From assembly GCA_022451445.1 (NCBI GenBank), contig JAKUSY010000005.1:1-29205 (forward strand): a DNA stretch of 29,205 bases, in the 5' to 3' direction. Of the stretch, positions 17,272 to 26,029 are shown piece after piece. The notes below the pieces were generated by a model. The model was not told the DNA's origin. It worked only from the letters and a program-made list of their open reading frames with translations, and made no database searches. The position numbers and the translations under genes were made by a program. Position 1 is the stretch's first letter, and each line of letters opens with the position of its first letter. Source of the DNA: Planctomycetota bacterium. GTDB lineage: Bacteria > Planctomycetota > UBA8108.

Positions 17272-18516
17272 ATGATGAACCAGGCCAGCCTGGAAATAGA
17301 GGTAGAGAAGACCGCCGAGGGGCGGCGGGCTCTCATCAGGTTTCGCCCGGACCTGAAGCGGCATGGCGGCCAGAGGGCCGACGTAAAGCTGGTTCTCTTC
17401 TGCAAGGTCGACCATTCCAATCCCATCAATAAAAAGGTCGAGCTGCTGAGCGAGAGCTTCAAGGTCAGCAAACCGCTGCACACCCTGCGCTACAAATGCC
17501 CACGGAGGCTCTTCACCTACGAGGGGAACTGGATCCGGCTTTATGCGCGAGTCTCGATTCTCATCGGAGATGACCATCTATCGAAGAAGTTCGAGGCGCC
17601 CCTGGAGCTCGGCAACATCCACCTGAGCGAAGATATTGACGAGACGATCAATCCGCCCGACGAACAGGTTCTCGTGAAAAACCTATTCATGATTCCAGCC
17701 GAGCGCAAGTCCGTGCTTCTGGCGCTCTGGGGGGGCTGTCTGGTTTTTCTTTTCCTGACGGAACGTTTTATCAGGAGCTCGCTCCTCACTATGAGCCGCG
17801 AGGTATTCGAGCTCGGGCTCATCTTCCTGCTTGGTCCCGCGTGCGGCCTCTTGTATTTCGCCTGGAAAAAAACCAAGGCTTACTGGAAAGCGCCGGACCT
17901 TGGGCTGCATTTCAATATCCCGGAGGGACTGTCGAGGGGCTCCCGGAGCAAGGCGAAGATCAATCGCCAGTCACGCCTCCTGGTTTCCGACTGGATATCG
18001 GGTAAGGCGGCGATGGATCTCGATGGCGTGAGGCTGAGGGTGGTGGCGGGGAACATCGAGAGGGGCCCGTGCCACGAGCTGGAGGGCAGCATGACTTCAG
18101 ACGCCAAGCTGGTGAAAAAGGACGTTTCCGTCGTTACTCGGGCGATGGTTCTCTACGACAAGACGATCGAGCGTCTTCCGGCCGGCACGGAGTTCGCGGA
18201 GTATTTCCGGGACCCGCTGGATTTCGAGCCGGTTTTCACGGATCTCTACCCACCCGACCTGGTGGCCACCAGGGGGTTCGGGGGCCGCCTCTCCCTGAGC
18301 TCAACGCACGGCCTGGGCTATTACCTCGAGTTCCAGCTGCTACACCCCGACGTGGCTGTCCTCTAGTACGAGGTGGAGTCGAGCTATTTCGATCCGACCG
18401 CTTTTTTCAGCGAGCCGGCTTCCGCCCCTCCCGCCTCGCCTCTGGGGGAGAGCGGGAGCTCCGGGGGGGAGGAGACCGGGGCGGATTCGCCGCCTCCGCC
18501 CCCTCCAGGCGGCTAG
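17272..18516 (+). CDS. Hypothetical membrane protein (2 TM), 414 aa if read through the TAG at 18364-18366, otherwise 364 aa ending at 18366
   Basis: Long ORF with two hydrophobic helices. After the TAG the frame continues YEVESSYFDPTAFFSEPAS...PPPPPPGG (49 codons) to a second TAG at 18514. Confidence 0.7.
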
Positions 18517-18605
18517 GAAGCTGTCGCGGCGGGGAGTACTTTGCGGCGGGCTCCCCGCGTGCGAAAATGAGCTCTCATTCGAATCCTGATTCGCTCAACC
18601 GAAAA

Positions 18606-19871
18606 ATGAAACCACCAGGCCGGTACTATCGATGCGCGTTCGCTGCTTGCGGTCTCCTGCTGGCCTGCCTGCCGGCCGCGGCCGATGAATGGACGCGCTT
18701 TCGCGGCCCCAACGGTTCCGGCCTGAGCGATGCGAAGACCGTTCCGGCGCAGTGGAAGGAGAGCGACTTCAACTGGAAGATCGACCTGCCCGGCAAGGGG
18801 AATTCCTCCCCGGTCGTCTGGGACGAGCTGGTCTTCGTGACGGCGGCCGACAATGACGCCGGAACGAGGACCCTCCTGGCGATCAACACCGCGGACGGCA
18901 AGACGCGGTGGAAGAAGAATTTTCCCTACGCGACCTACCGCAAGCATCGAAACAACTCCTACGCATCCAATACCCCGGCGACAGACGCGGAGCGGGTCTA
19001 CGTTCTCTGGCAGTCGAAGAAGGAATCCCGGCTGGTAGCGATCGATCACGAGGGCAAGGAGAGCTGGCGCTACGAGCTCGGCCCCTACCTGCACGGCCAG
19101 GGCGGCGGCACCTCCCCGATCGTATTTGAGGACCTGGTGGTCATCTCCAACGATCACAAGAAGGGCAGCTTCCTGCTGGCGGTCGACCGCGCCACGGGCA
19201 GGGAGCGCTGGAAGCTCCCGCGCGCGGGTAAGCGGGCCTGCTATTCAACCCCCTGTGTCTTCAGCGCGCCGGGCCGTCCGACGGAGATTGTCTTCGTGCA
19301 CTGCTTCGAGGGAATCGTCGGGGTCGATCCGAAGCTCGGCAGGCAGAACTGGATGATCGATGTCTTCGGCACCTTTCCCCAGAGAGCCGTGGGTTCGCCC
19401 GTGGTCTGGAAGGACCTGGTGGTTGCCAACTCCGGGGCTCTCAATGGTGGCAAGAACGCTGTCGTGGTCCGTCCCTCGACCAGCGGAAAAAAGCACGGCG
19501 TGAAGGAGGTCTACAGGATCTCGCGTTCGGCGCCGCACGTTCCAAGCCCGCTGGTCTTCGACGGCAGGCTCTTTCTGTGGAGCGACCTGGGGGTCGTCAC
19601 CTGCGCCAGGGTGGAGACAGGGTAGGTGATCTGGCAGAAGAGGGCCGGCGGCGGCGGTAATTTTCACGGCTCGCCGGTCTGTGTCGATGGGCGCCTCTTC
19701 TGCGCCGACGACAAGGGCACTGTCGTCGTTCTGTCGGCCTCTGAGAAGTTCGAGGTGCTGGGAAAAAACGAGCTTGCCGACACCTGCCGCTCGACCCCCG
19801 CGGTGAGCGGCGGACGAATGTACGTGCGCACCGAGAGCCGGCTGTTCTCGGTGGGAGGGAAGAAAGAGTAG
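18606..19871 (+). CDS. PQQ-binding-like beta-propeller protein (BamB-like, planctomycete type), 421 aa if read through the TAG at 19623-19625
   Basis: Signal peptide followed by DEWTRFRGPNGSG, repeated SSPVV/SPIVF/STP motifs and the family C-terminus STPAVSGGRMYVRTESRLFSVG. The junction VETG*VIWQKR lies inside a propeller blade. Confidence 0.88.
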
Positions 19872-19876
19872 CCCCT

Positions 19877-20845
19877 TCAGCTGGCGAGCACCCGGGCGAG
19901 CTCCAGCAGGTGCGCGGGCAGCTCCCGGGTTTCCTTCCAGGCCAGCTCCAGGTCCACCAGCGTCGTCTCGCCGTTTCGCTTCGCCACCAGCTTCGATGTC
20001 TCGCCCGCCACGAGCGCGTCCACCGCCGCCTTACCGAAGAGACCTCCCTGCACTCTGTCGAGGGCGCTCGGGGTCCCGCCGCGCTGGATATAGCCGAGCA
20101 CCGCGACACGCAACTCGTAGTCCGATTGGGCGGTGATCTTATCCGCGATCTCATAGGCGTTGCCCGCGTCGTCACCTTCTGCGACGACGACGATGCTGGA
20201 GACCTTGCCGGCCTCACGGCAGCGCTCGAGCCCGGCGCAGAGGGCGGCGATGTCGGTCGGCATCTCAGGCACCAACACCCCCTCGGCTCCGCAGGCCAGC
20301 GCGACCTCCAGGGCCAGGAAGCCGCGATCGCGGCCCATGACCTCGACCAGGAAGAGGCGCTCGTGGGAGGTCGCCGTGTCGCGAATCTTGTCGATCGCCT
20401 CGACCGCGGTATTGACGGCCGTGTCAAATCCGAGGGCGTAGTCGGTTCCCCCTACGTCATTGTCGATCGTTTTCGGTATGCCGATGAGCGGCAGGCTGGC
20501 CTGCCGCGAAAGCTCACAGGCTCCCCGGAGCGAGCCGTTGCCTCCTATCACGATCAGGCCATCGATCCCGCGTTCCGCGAGGTTGGCGATGGCCTGCTCG
20601 CGCGCAGCCGCCTCCCTGAATTCCGGGCAGCGGCTCGAGCGTAGAACGGTACCTCCGAGATTGACGATCCCGGCTACGCTGCGCGCATCCATTGGCTCCA
20701 TGTCGTTATCGATGAGACCGCGCCAGCCCCTGTGGACTCCGATGGCCTCGATCCCTCCGGCGAGGGCTGTTCGCACGACGGAGCGAATGCAGGGATTCAG
20801 CCCCGGGCAGTCTCCTCCGCTGGTAAGCAATGCGAGTCGGTTCAA
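19877..20845 (-). CDS. pfkA: 6-phosphofructokinase, probably ATP-dependent
   Basis: LTSGGDCPGLN, GGTVLRSSR, VIGGNGS, PKTIDND, VEVMGR and LGYIQRGG. TTG start. Confidence 0.95.
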   Translation of the reverse strand: MNRLALLTSGGDCPGLNPCIRSVVRTALAGGIEAIGVHRGWRGLIDNDMEPMDARSVAGIVNLGGTVLRSSRCPEFREAAAREQAIANLAERGIDGLIVIGGNGSLRGACELSRQASLPLIGIPKTIDNDVGGTDYALGFDTAVNTAVEAIDKIRDTATSHERLFLVEVMGRDRGFLALEVALACGAEGVLVPEMPTDIAALCAGLERCREAGKVSSIVVVAEGDDAGNAYEIADKITAQSDYELRVAVLGYIQRGGTPSALDRVQGGLFGKAAVDALVAGETSKLVAKRNGETTLVDLELAWKETRELPAHLLELARVLAS

Positions 20846-20857
20846 GGCTACAGGCGC

Positions 20858-22738
20858 TCAGCAGCCGAGGTTGTCTTCGGTCAGATCCCTTCCGGCCCTG
20901 GGGAATGGCGCTCGGGGCCTGTCCCCTCCGGAAAACAGGAAGCGCAGGATCAGGATTCCATCGGAGATGTCGATGCTGCCATCATCGTTGGCATCCGCCG
21001 CATCTTCACAGGAGGGTACCCTGCCGCCTCGAAAGAGATAATCCAGCAGGAAGACCGCGTCTGTCAACTGGATGGTTCCACTTTGATCGGTATCGCCCCG
21101 CAGGAACAGCGGTGCGGGACGGGCGATGACGGTCCCGCTGAGGGCCAGGGGCTCGACCACGCGGCCGTCGCCGCTTGTGGTGAATTCCAGGTTGACCGGG
21201 GGAGAGCCGATGCCGCCGGCCAGGTCCAGCTCGACGCGATCGCCGTCATCGAGAGACTGTGAGAGCGACACCAGGAGCCTCGCTATGACAGTCTCTTCTC
21301 CGGCCGGAATGCTGGGCGAGGCGCCGGTGAAGGACATCACGATTCCGTAGGTGGCGATGCCCGAGTCGTTGTCGATATTGGCGGCGGCGAAGCTCGCCTC
21401 GCTCGTGAGGAGCTTCTCGTTGCTGATGCCGTCGACGGTGAGCTCGCTGTTGTCGTAAGAGAGGGCGAAGGACACTCCCGAGAGCGCTGAATCCGAGGTG
21501 CAGAGAACGTCGACGGGGATGCGGGAGCCTCCGGCGGGTCCCTCGCTCCCGGCGATGCGCAGGATCTTCGAGTGGTAGGTGAAGGCGTCCTGGAGGCGGG
21601 CTTCCGCCCCGTCCTGCGTCACGGTTACGTCAAACGTTCCGCCGCCGCGGCGGCGCGGGAGAGTGCCCCGGATCATCCCGGAGTCGATCCGCGCGGCATC
21701 CTCCACGCGGACACCGCCGATTCGCAGCTCGGCGCCGGAGGTGAAATTCTCGCCGATGACGGTCACCTGGATTCCGCCGGTGACCGGGCCCTCTCCGGGT
21801 TCGATGGACGCGAGCCGCGGAGCCGGGGACAGGTAGCGATAGCCGTCCTCCAGTACGGCCTCTCCGAGCTCTCCGGTGATACGGATGTCCGCCGGCCCCG
21901 CGCTGCCGGAGATCATGCGGTGCACCCGGATCAGGCAGCAGTCTTCGATGGTCCAGGCGGAGGCGGACAGCCGTCGGCCGCCGACATAGAGGGTCGAGTT
22001 CTGGTCCCAGGTGAAGTTCCTGCCCCGGATGAGAACCTCGTTTCTTCCGGCGGAAGGTCCGGAGTCCGGCTCCACCTCGATAATCCGGGTGGCGGGATTG
22101 GCACCGCCGCGGGTTTCGTAGAGGAACTCGGCGCCGGCGATGTCGTCCTCGTGCAGGGTCCTCATATGCTGGCCACGGTTCAGGGCGCCGGCGTACATGG
22201 TGGCGGTGCGGACATCCGAGTGGTCGAGACCGAGCGCATGCCCGAATTCATGGGTGGCGATCCCCCTCAGGTCCATGGTGCCGCTGGGCGGGTCCTGGGG
22301 GCCGTTCCAATTATTGGCGGTGCCGAGGCTCCTGGCGAAGAAGACCATGTCAAAGCTCACGATCCGCGAGCCGACGCCGCTGACGAGCGTAATGGCGAGG
22401 GCGTCTCCACCATCCTGGTTGGCCCAGGAGACGGCGTTGATGTTGTCATCCTCATCGAGCCCGCTGGCGGTGGTCGTTCCAAGGTAGACGAAACGCCGGG
22501 CTGCCGCCGATTGCTCGCGCCAGCAGGCGGCGGAACAGGTGAGGAGCTCGAGCTGCTGCGCGCGGGTGCCGGTGCGGCTCTCATCCGGGAAGTTCGGATT
22601 GATCCTGTAGTTGATCCGGCCGGTGCGCCAGCTCATGCCCAGGGTATCAAAGCACGACGCCTGCGGCGTAGAGAGGGCTCCCGCCAGGAACAGGACGAGA
22701 AGCGCCAGGCAGGGGGTTGTTCGCCAGCGACCGGTCAT
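20858..22738 (-). CDS. Exported matrixin (M10 metzincin) with 2x IPT/TIG, cohesin and type I dockerin domains
   Basis: HEFGHALGLDH with Met-turn ATMY. IPT repeats VEPDSGPSAG and IEPGEGPVTG. Cohesin-like SALSGVSFALSYD..YGIV. Dockerin FLRGDTDQSG..DANDDGSIDISD. ATG 22738 overlaps the upstream TGA. Confidence 0.9.
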   Translation of the reverse strand: MTGRWRTTPCLALLVLFLAGALSTPQASCFDTLGMSWRTGRINYRINPNFPDESRTGTRAQQLELLTCSAACWREQSAAARRFVYLGTTTASGLDEDDNINAVSWANQDGGDALAITLVSGVGSRIVSFDMVFFARSLGTANNWNGPQDPPSGTMDLRGIATHEFGHALGLDHSDVRTATMYAGALNRGQHMRTLHEDDIAGAEFLYETRGGANPATRIIEVEPDSGPSAGRNEVLIRGRNFTWDQNSTLYVGGRRLSASAWTIEDCCLIRVHRMISGSAGPADIRITGELGEAVLEDGYRYLSPAPRLASIEPGEGPVTGGIQVTVIGENFTSGAELRIGGVRVEDAARIDSGMIRGTLPRRRGGGTFDVTVTQDGAEARLQDAFTYHSKILRIAGSEGPAGGSRIPVDVLCTSDSALSGVSFALSYDNSELTVDGISNEKLLTSEASFAAANIDNDSGIATYGIVMSFTGASPSIPAGEETVIARLLVSLSQSLDDGDRVELDLAGGIGSPPVNLEFTTSGDGRVVEPLALSGTVIARPAPLFLRGDTDQSGTIQLTDAVFLLDYLFRGGRVPSCEDAADANDDGSIDISDGILILRFLFSGGDRPRAPFPRAGRDLTEDNLGC

Positions 22739-23352
22739 TTCCCGCTCCTGTCTTCGCCGCCGGTTTTTTTTCTTCCCTGGAGGATTTTCCGCACCTGCAG
22801 CCGAAGCGTTCGAAGCTCCATGGTTTTTCGAACGGGCAGGTGCTTCGCGCCCATGACGAGAACCTTCCCGGTATTGCCGGTGGCCGGCGGACTCGATTCC
22901 AGCCGGTATTTTCCCTGGAACCAGCCCGTGCTCCAGAGCGCTCCGTTGAGCTCCCTGGCGAAGACCAGCACCTTCTCTCCCCTCAGGAAGCGCGGTGATT
23001 CGGCGCATTTCTGCCAGCGCTCGCCGATCCGGCCGCCGAGATACTGGATGGTGATCTCGGTGATGCCGCCCGGGGTCTTCGCTCCGGTCCGGCTTCCGCG
23101 GATGAGCCCCGGACGTTTTCCCGGCGAGTCTCGCCAGGTCTCCGAGACCTTGATGCGAACATCGGTTATCATCGCCCTGCCGAGCCCGAGGAAGTCGTCC
23201 CAGCGGCTCTGTATCGCGACCACCTCACCACAGAAGATGTGACTCGAGCGAAGGGTCAGCTTCTCGAGGTCGAACTCGACCACGGCCGCCCGGCCCTCAG
23301 GGCAGGCTGTTGCGCAGAGTACCGGCAGAAAGAGAAGGAGGTATTGTTTCAT
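22735..23352 (-). CDS. Exported hypothetical protein resembling the pro-/partner domain found with matrixins
   Basis: Signal peptide from ATG 23352 and pattern LEKLTLRSSHIFCGEVV...YLGGRIG...PRFLRGEKVLVF...GWFQGKYRL. ATGA-coupled to the matrixin gene. Confidence 0.8.
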   Translation of the reverse strand: MKQYLLLFLPVLCATACPEGRAAVVEFDLEKLTLRSSHIFCGEVVAIQSRWDDFLGLGRAMITDVRIKVSETWRDSPGKRPGLIRGSRTGAKTPGGITEITIQYLGGRIGERWQKCAESPRFLRGEKVLVFARELNGALWSTGWFQGKYRLESSPPATGNTGKVLVMGAKHLPVRKTMELRTLRLQVRKILQGRKKTGGEDRSGK

Positions 23353-23441
23353 GGCTTCGCAGGCGGCCTCGAGGGTCTGTCGGGGCAACGTCCGGTTTGG
23401 TTTCAACTCCCCGGAACCCGAAGATGCTTTTGCCGTGATCC

Positions 23442-23448
23442 TATGATA
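23442..23448. promoter_or_regulatory. Overlapping divergent -10-like hexamers (TATGAT on +, TATCAT on -)
   Basis: TATGATA in the middle of the 172-nt spacer between the divergent genes starting at 23352 (-) and 23525 (+). Confidence 0.3.
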
Positions 23449-23524
23449 CTTTGCGCGGTCCCCGACGGCAGCAAAAACCGGTGGGGGGCCCCGTTGGGAG
23501 CGTGAACTCCCCCTGAGAGTTTCC

Positions 23525-24880
23525 ATGAGCGAAATGACCGACAATAGCCGCCTCGCCGAGGTTGAGAGCATCATCGAAAAGTATCCCGATGTGCCGCCTG
23601 AGGCCGTCTTCAAGGAAGACCTGCTCAGGCTGGGGGTCAGCTTTTCCGAGGATGCCCTCAGGCTCTGTGGTGGGTTCAAGCCCTAGTCTTATTTCTTCTT
23701 CAGCTTGGACCTGCAGCCCTTCAAGGAGCTCGAGCAGGGGGAAAACCTGAGGGTCCCGGAGGAGCTCTCTCTCGTGGGCGGCCCCCGGAATTTCAGGCGC
23801 ACTATCGTGAGTGTCCGGATTTATCCCGACTCACCCTACCGCGTCGATATCGTCGAGGGGAAGCTGGCACTGCTAGTGGAGGGGGAACTGGTCTGTGATA
23901 TCGAGCTGCAGGATATTCCGGAGTATTACCGCCGAGATCTGCGAAGCGGCAAGACCATCACCGAGATCGCTCCGACCATCGAGTGGGGCTCCCTTGTCTA
24001 CCTGACGGTCTACCGTAAATGCCAGTATTTCGGCTTCAAGGAGGAGTGCCAGTTCTGCGACATCAACGAGAATGTTCGCCAGCAGAAGGAGGCCGGCCGG
24101 CCCTACGATACGGTGAAGGCGGTCGAGGAGGTGGTGGAGGCCCTCGAGATTATCGATGAGACGGATGTCGAGAAACGAACCCGGGCCTACACCATCACAG
24201 GGGGGAGCATCACCCGCCATCTGAGAGGGCAGGACGAGGCCACCTTCTACGAGGCCTATGCCCGGGCGATCAATTCTCGTTTTCCGGGACGCTGGATTTC
24301 CAAGATGGTGGTCCAGGCGCTCCCGCTCGATGATGTCCGGCGGTTTCGGGATGCGGGAGTCCAGATCTACCATCCAAACTACGAGGTCTGGGATAGGCGC
24401 CTCTTTTCGATCATCTGTCCGGGCAAGGAAGACTACGTGGGCCGCGACGAATGGATGAAGCGCATCGTGGCTGCGGCGGAGGTCTTCGGCCCATCCCAGG
24501 TTATTCCGAATTTCGTCGCCGGAGTCGAGATGGCGGCTCCTCACGGTTTTTCAAGGATCGAGGACGCGCTCGCCTCCACCGGTGAGGGACTCGACTACTT
24601 CATGTCGAGGGGAATTACCCCCCGCTTCACGGTCTGGTGCCCCGAGCCTCTGAGCGTCCTCGGCAGGGACCAGGGGGCGGCTCCGCTGGAATACCACGTC
24701 GGTCTGCTGCGGCTCTGGAGAGAGACCCTGCTGCGCTACAACCTTCCGGCGCCGCCGGGTTACGGGCTGCCGGGCGTCGGCAACGCGGTCTTCTCGGTAA
24801 GCTCCTTCATGGATGCCCTACCGGGCGATCTCGAGGTCGCCCGGCTTCCCGGCGAGTCCGAGGTCGCGGCGAACAGCTGA
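23525..24880 (+). CDS. Radical SAM protein with CX8CX2C motif, 451 aa if read through the TAG at 23684-23686
   Basis: RKCQYFGFKEECQFCDIN, YTITGGS, YHPNYEVWD and PNFVAGVE. An upstream 53-codon in-frame segment (MSEMTDN...KYPDVPPEAVFKEDLLRLG...FKP*SYFFFSLD) is absent from the ORF track. Confidence 0.88.
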
Positions 24881-24895
24881 GAGCCCCGCTGCCTG

Positions 24896-25930
24896 TTATT
24901 TCTCCGAGTCGATTCCGAACTCGCCCTTGCGTGCTCTCAGGGCGCTGTGGATGTGCGCGGCATTGTTCTGGAAATTGGCATAGCTGATGATGAAGTCCGG
25001 GCCGTGAACGATGAAGGAATGGCCCTCGCCGGCTCCGAGCTTCCCCCTCCAGGCTAGCTGGATATCGGCCACCTTCTTGGTGAGCGAGATCTCCATCTCC
25101 TTGCGCAGGTCTTTTTCCAGGTTTCCCGTGTGTTCGAGCACCAGCTGGGTGAGCGTCTTTACCTGGACCTCGTTCATGCTGCTGCCTGGAAGCCCCAGGG
25201 GCAGGCGGGCATCGTAGGTTGCCGCCTGGGTGGCTTTGATCTCCTCGGGTTTGCTTTTTCCAAGGGCGGTCTTGAGCTGGGATTCGTCGAGGCTCCGCAT
25301 CAGCTGCCTGGCGAGGTCCTCTACCTTGCCCAGGACCCTGAGTCCTTTCCTGGGGCCGGATTGGACCATGGCGGGATTGGCTCCGTAGAACAGGGGGGTC
25401 GCTGAGAGGACGGACTTCCCCTGGAGGGTGAAGTTGAGGCAGAGGTGGTGGCCTTCAAAGCGCCAGCCCCATTTTTCTTTTGAGCCCGGGGTGCCGAAGA
25501 TGCTCAGGTAGTAGTGCTCCGGGTCACGGCTGAATCTCCTGTTGGGACCCTCGATGGATCTCAGGATTCCCTCGAGGGAGCGGACCTCTTCGACGGTCCT
25601 GGCCCCTTTTTCTCCCAGGGAGACGATGAGGAGGTTCTGGACGAACTTCTTCTGCGCGTCGTTCATCTCGCTGAGGGCAAGTCCCTTTCGCGGCCTGGGG
25701 ATGAAATGCCAGTTGAGGCGCTCCTCGTCCTTGAAGTCGAAGAGGGCCTTCTCGCGCTGGCGTACGGAGAGCTTGGATGCCACCTTTTTTACGGCCGCGG
25801 TGATGGCATCCGCCGTCCTGGCGCTCGCAGCGGCCGCGTCGACGGAGCTCGTTCCATAGTCGAGGGCGGGGTTCAATAGCCAGGCTGCCAGGAGGAGACT
25901 GGCGCTGGAGAAAAAGAAGATCCTGTTCAT
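24896..25930 (-). CDS. DUF3500 domain exported protein
   Basis: NWHFIPRPRKGL, WGWRFEGHHLCLNFT, TPLFYGANP and NNAAHIHS. N-terminal signal-like segment. Confidence 0.88.
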   Translation of the reverse strand: MNRIFFFSSASLLLAAWLLNPALDYGTSSVDAAAASARTADAITAAVKKVASKLSVRQREKALFDFKDEERLNWHFIPRPRKGLALSEMNDAQKKFVQNLLIVSLGEKGARTVEEVRSLEGILRSIEGPNRRFSRDPEHYYLSIFGTPGSKEKWGWRFEGHHLCLNFTLQGKSVLSATPLFYGANPAMVQSGPRKGLRVLGKVEDLARQLMRSLDESQLKTALGKSKPEEIKATQAATYDARLPLGLPGSSMNEVQVKTLTQLVLEHTGNLEKDLRKEMEISLTKKVADIQLAWRGKLGAGEGHSFIVHGPDFIISYANFQNNAAHIHSALRARKGEFGIDSEK

Positions 25931-25984
25931 CTCGATGACCCTTCGTGTTCCGGTTTGTTCGTTCAGAGGCGAAGTGAGGGGAAC

Positions 25985-25990
25985 AGTATA
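25985..25990 (-). promoter_or_regulatory. Candidate -10 box TATACT for the DUF3500 gene
   Basis: Minus strand reads GCTG-TATACT about 55 nt upstream of the ATG. Confidence 0.35.
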
Positions 25991-26029
25991 CAGCCTGGGA
26001 AACCTTTGAGCCAGCGAACTGAGGCGGTC

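Noticed and set aside
183-19871. Complete reassignment of TAG to a sense codon
   Set aside because: Readthrough at 627 or 19869 would extend long antisense overlaps into convergent conserved genes, so TAG must still terminate there.
16040-23740. Shared PYLIS/SECIS-like element or sequence motif around the four internal TAGs
   Set aside because: The contexts (GGA-TAG-TGG, CTC-TAG-TAC, GGG-TAG-GTG, CCC-TAG-TCT) share no motif. The downstream hairpins differ in position and shape and are expected in GC-rich DNA.
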